Notes under the pieces: model-generated | Told to the model about the DNA's origin: nothing | The model's input: the letters and a program-made list of their open reading frames with translations, nothing else | The model's database searches: none | Shown: one piece after another, positions 63,001 to 64,000 of the stretch | Layout of the letters: the number at the start of each line of letters is the position of its first letter | How positions within the stretch are numbered: the stretch's first letter is position 1 | Position numbers and translations under genes: made by a program | Source: Chloroflexota bacterium | GTDB taxonomy: Bacteria > Chloroflexota > Dehalococcoidia > Bin125 | Assembly (NCBI GenBank): GCA_026705025.1 | Contig: JAPPBN010000026.1 | Coordinates: 74,446-138,445 of the forward strand | Length of the DNA: 64,000 nucleotides | Direction of reading: 5' to 3'

Positions 63001-63403
63001 CTCGCTGGCCAACCTGACCACGCCGAAGATGACGATCACGCTGCGCAAGTGCTACGGACTCGGCGGACTGGCGATGCTCGCTGGCAGCACCGAGGCCGGA
63101 CTCTTCAATGTCGGTTGGCCAACGTCTGAGTATGGCGGGATGAACCTTGAGGCTGGGGTCAAACTCGGAGCGAGGGCGCAGCTCGAGAAGATCGAAGACC
63201 TCGAGGAACGCACCCGGGTCTATGAGGAAATGGTCGCCGATGCCTACGAACGCGGCAACGCCGTCAACGCCGCCACGGTGCTGGAGTCGGACGACGTGAT
63301 CGACCCGGCCGAGACCCGTCAGTGGATCCTGCGTTTGCTCGACGCCGTGCCGAACTCCGAACCGATCCGCGAAGGTCGCCGCCCGTATATCGACAGCTGG
63401 TAG
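60005..63403 (+). CDS. single-chain biotin-dependent acyl-CoA carboxylase (BC-BCCP-CT fusion)
   Basis: 1132 aa. N-terminal biotin carboxylase ATP-grasp, central biotinyl domain with the AMKM motif (IMNAMKMEH), C-terminal ~510-aa carboxyltransferase domain of the PccB/AccD type. Confidence 0.85.
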   Translation: MPIQRLLVANRGEIAVRILRTATELGIATAAVHSSDDAASDHIQHAETVIELSGIGPAAYLDIDQIVDRAKEHDCDAIHPGYGFLAENADFARACEEAGITFVGPSPAALALFGDKARARTLAGARSVPVLTGTDHAVDLDGARAFFEQLDGRPMVIKAIGGGGGRGMRAISEAAEIEDAFERCTREAQAAFGNGALFVERFIPRARHIEVQIVGDQHGHVTHVGERECTIQRRYQKLIEIAPSPTLSDSLRERITAAAVELAEAGGYSNLGTFEFLVDADTGDDFAFIEANARLQVEHTVTEEVAGLDLVECQLRIAEGATLIDLGMESPPPLRGFAIQSRVNLERMREDGDVRPAAGALRTFRPPAGPGVRVDTYGYAGYAANPNFDSLIAKVVTRHPSSEFKDAVRRAQRALDEFQLEGPDSNIGFLRNILGHPEFVAGDVHTRWIDERIGELAVTSDNGASSGGQSAWAGAQVENQVTDPLAALDFFRQGAGAASLDVNRGLEEERAGFPAPEIIGPPGTEPLRAPIQGTIIEILVGEGDSVVAGQDVIIMNAMKMEHVLQADIGGIAQEITVSIGDIIWEGHPLVFIEPADVGPALDDGAGEIDLDYIRPDLQHNIDLHEALLDHHREGPVARRHAKGKRTARENIAQLVEGGAWTEYMPLGVAAQRRVRSWEELRRVSPADGLICGIGTVNAELFDNSTASTAIISYDETVWAGTQGLRGHEKTDRMVETAHRLLTPLVFIAEGAGGRSGDTDAAYTRVAARNVRTFERLAELSGRVPMVSITAGRCFAGNASMLGMCDIIVATEGSNIAMGGPAVIEGGGLGLFLPEELGPMSQQVPNGVVDIFVKDEDEAMAAVKKYLSYFQGRLTEWSAPDQRQLRHVIPENRLRTYDVRKVIDLLADHDSVLELRPEFGIGVVTALIRIEGRPVGVIANNNMHIGGAVDSDGSDKLARFAQICDCWNIPLLTLVDTPGMMVGPEVEKTALVRHCHRVFVSLANLTTPKMTITLRKCYGLGGLAMLAGSTEAGLFNVGWPTSEYGGMNLEAGVKLGARAQLEKIEDLEERTRVYEEMVADAYERGNAVNAATVLESDDVIDPAETRQWILRLLDAVPNSEPIREGRRPYIDSW

Positions 63404-63488
63404 GCCGTCACGGTCGCACGATCAGAATCGGACTGGCTAGAATGCCGCGTACAGCGGCGGTAGCCTCATCGTGTGCCGCGGAGTGAGC

Positions 63489-64000
63489 GATGCAGTTTGC
63501 CAATCTGCTCTTGATTCGTCTGCTCCAGACCATTGTCGTGGTCTGGGTGGTCGTCAGCATCGTCTTCGTCGTCTCGCGCTTGATCGGCAATCCGGAAACC
63601 TCGTTGATGCCTTGGGACGCGACCAATGAGGACTACGAGCGCATCAGAGAGAAACTTGGCCTGAACGATCCGATGATCGTGCAGTACGGAAAATTCCTCG
63701 GCGACGCCGTACAAGGTGATCTGGGCTTCTCTTATCACCGCACCGGACCGGCACTCGACATCGTTGCCGACAAGGTGCTCGGAACCGTCAAACTGACCGC
63801 TGCCGGACTGGTGGTGGCGCTCGGCCTGGGACTACCACTGGGGGTGTTCGCCGCGTTGCGGCGCGGCTCGCCGATGGACTGGCTGGCGCGTCTGATCGCG
63901 GTTTTCGGGCAGGCCACACCCAGCTTCTGGCTGGGCCTGATGTTGATCTTTTTCCTGGCCACCAAGGTGTCCTGGTTCCCGACGGCGGGCGCAGAAGGAT
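63489..64000 (+). CDS. ABC transporter permease, DppB-like (5' part; continues beyond window)
   Basis: MQFANLLLIRLLQTIVVVWVVVSIVFVVSRLIGNPE... with no stop before the window end. Confidence 0.8.

Overview
64 kb of high-GC (roughly 68-70%), densely coding bacterial chromosome with genes on both strands. The gene content (three luciferase-like/F420-type LLM oxidoreductases, Rex, SBP lipoproteins with twin-Arg signals, GC-rich palindromic intergenic repeats) looks most like Chloroflexota (Thermomicrobia-like) or another high-GC monoderm lineage. That taxon call is inference only.

Gene order, read from the sequence:
- 1..4808: an oligopeptide-type ABC transporter locus on the minus strand. SBP lipoprotein, DppB-like and DppC-like permeases, then a second paralogous SBP truncated by the window start. 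Both SBPs carry long poly-Gln linkers.
- 4962..8817: quinone oxidoreductase, a DUF433/DUF5615 toxin-antitoxin-like pair, alpha/beta hydrolase, SDR, peroxiredoxin.
- 8972..10380: small membrane and secreted proteins.
- 10568..13869: a tungsten-type aldehyde:ferredoxin oxidoreductase preceded by an HTH protein.
- 14270..22741: a striking head-to-tail array of seven MFS_3 (EntS-like) transporter domains in five ORFs. One ORF is an in-frame two-domain fusion. Adjacent units are translationally coupled (overlapping or <=10-bp gaps). A duplicated C-terminal tail relic sits after the fifth domain. Each unit ends in a conserved motif, P-[AL]-F-x-x-x-[LV]-A-P-[VI]-V-L-M-x-G-Q-K.
- 22738..29684: LLM oxidoreductase, two MBL hydrolases, MscS, CDGSH protein, another LLM enzyme, CinA.
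- 29735..33795: a MoxR-DUF58-DUF4129 operon.
- 33751..37351: comB, pyrF, an MFS transporter, a bifunctional nuclease.
- 37466..45870: a complete F1Fo ATP synthase operon, atpZ-B-E-F-H-A-G-[HAD hydrolase]-D-C. It is preceded by a near-consensus Rex operator. atpB is about twice normal length because of a ~230-residue hydrophilic insertion.
- 45909..50082: murA, mreB, rex, aldo/keto reductase.
- 50178..57471: GGCT-like protein, gyrA, a HigB/HigA-like pair, LLM oxidoreductase, ADC-like protein, haloacetate-dehalogenase-like hydrolase.
- 57526..59955: leuD and leuB, separated by two paralogous ~52-aa peptide genes ending in CCG-x-YG-x-PGC plus a 21-codon His/Asp-rich ORF.
- 60005..63403: a single-chain BC-BCCP-CT acyl-CoA carboxylase (~1132 aa).
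- 63489..64000: the start of another ABC permease.

Three families of short GC-rich palindromic repeats recur in intergenic gaps and create spurious ORFs.

No rRNA, tRNA or CRISPR array was recognised.
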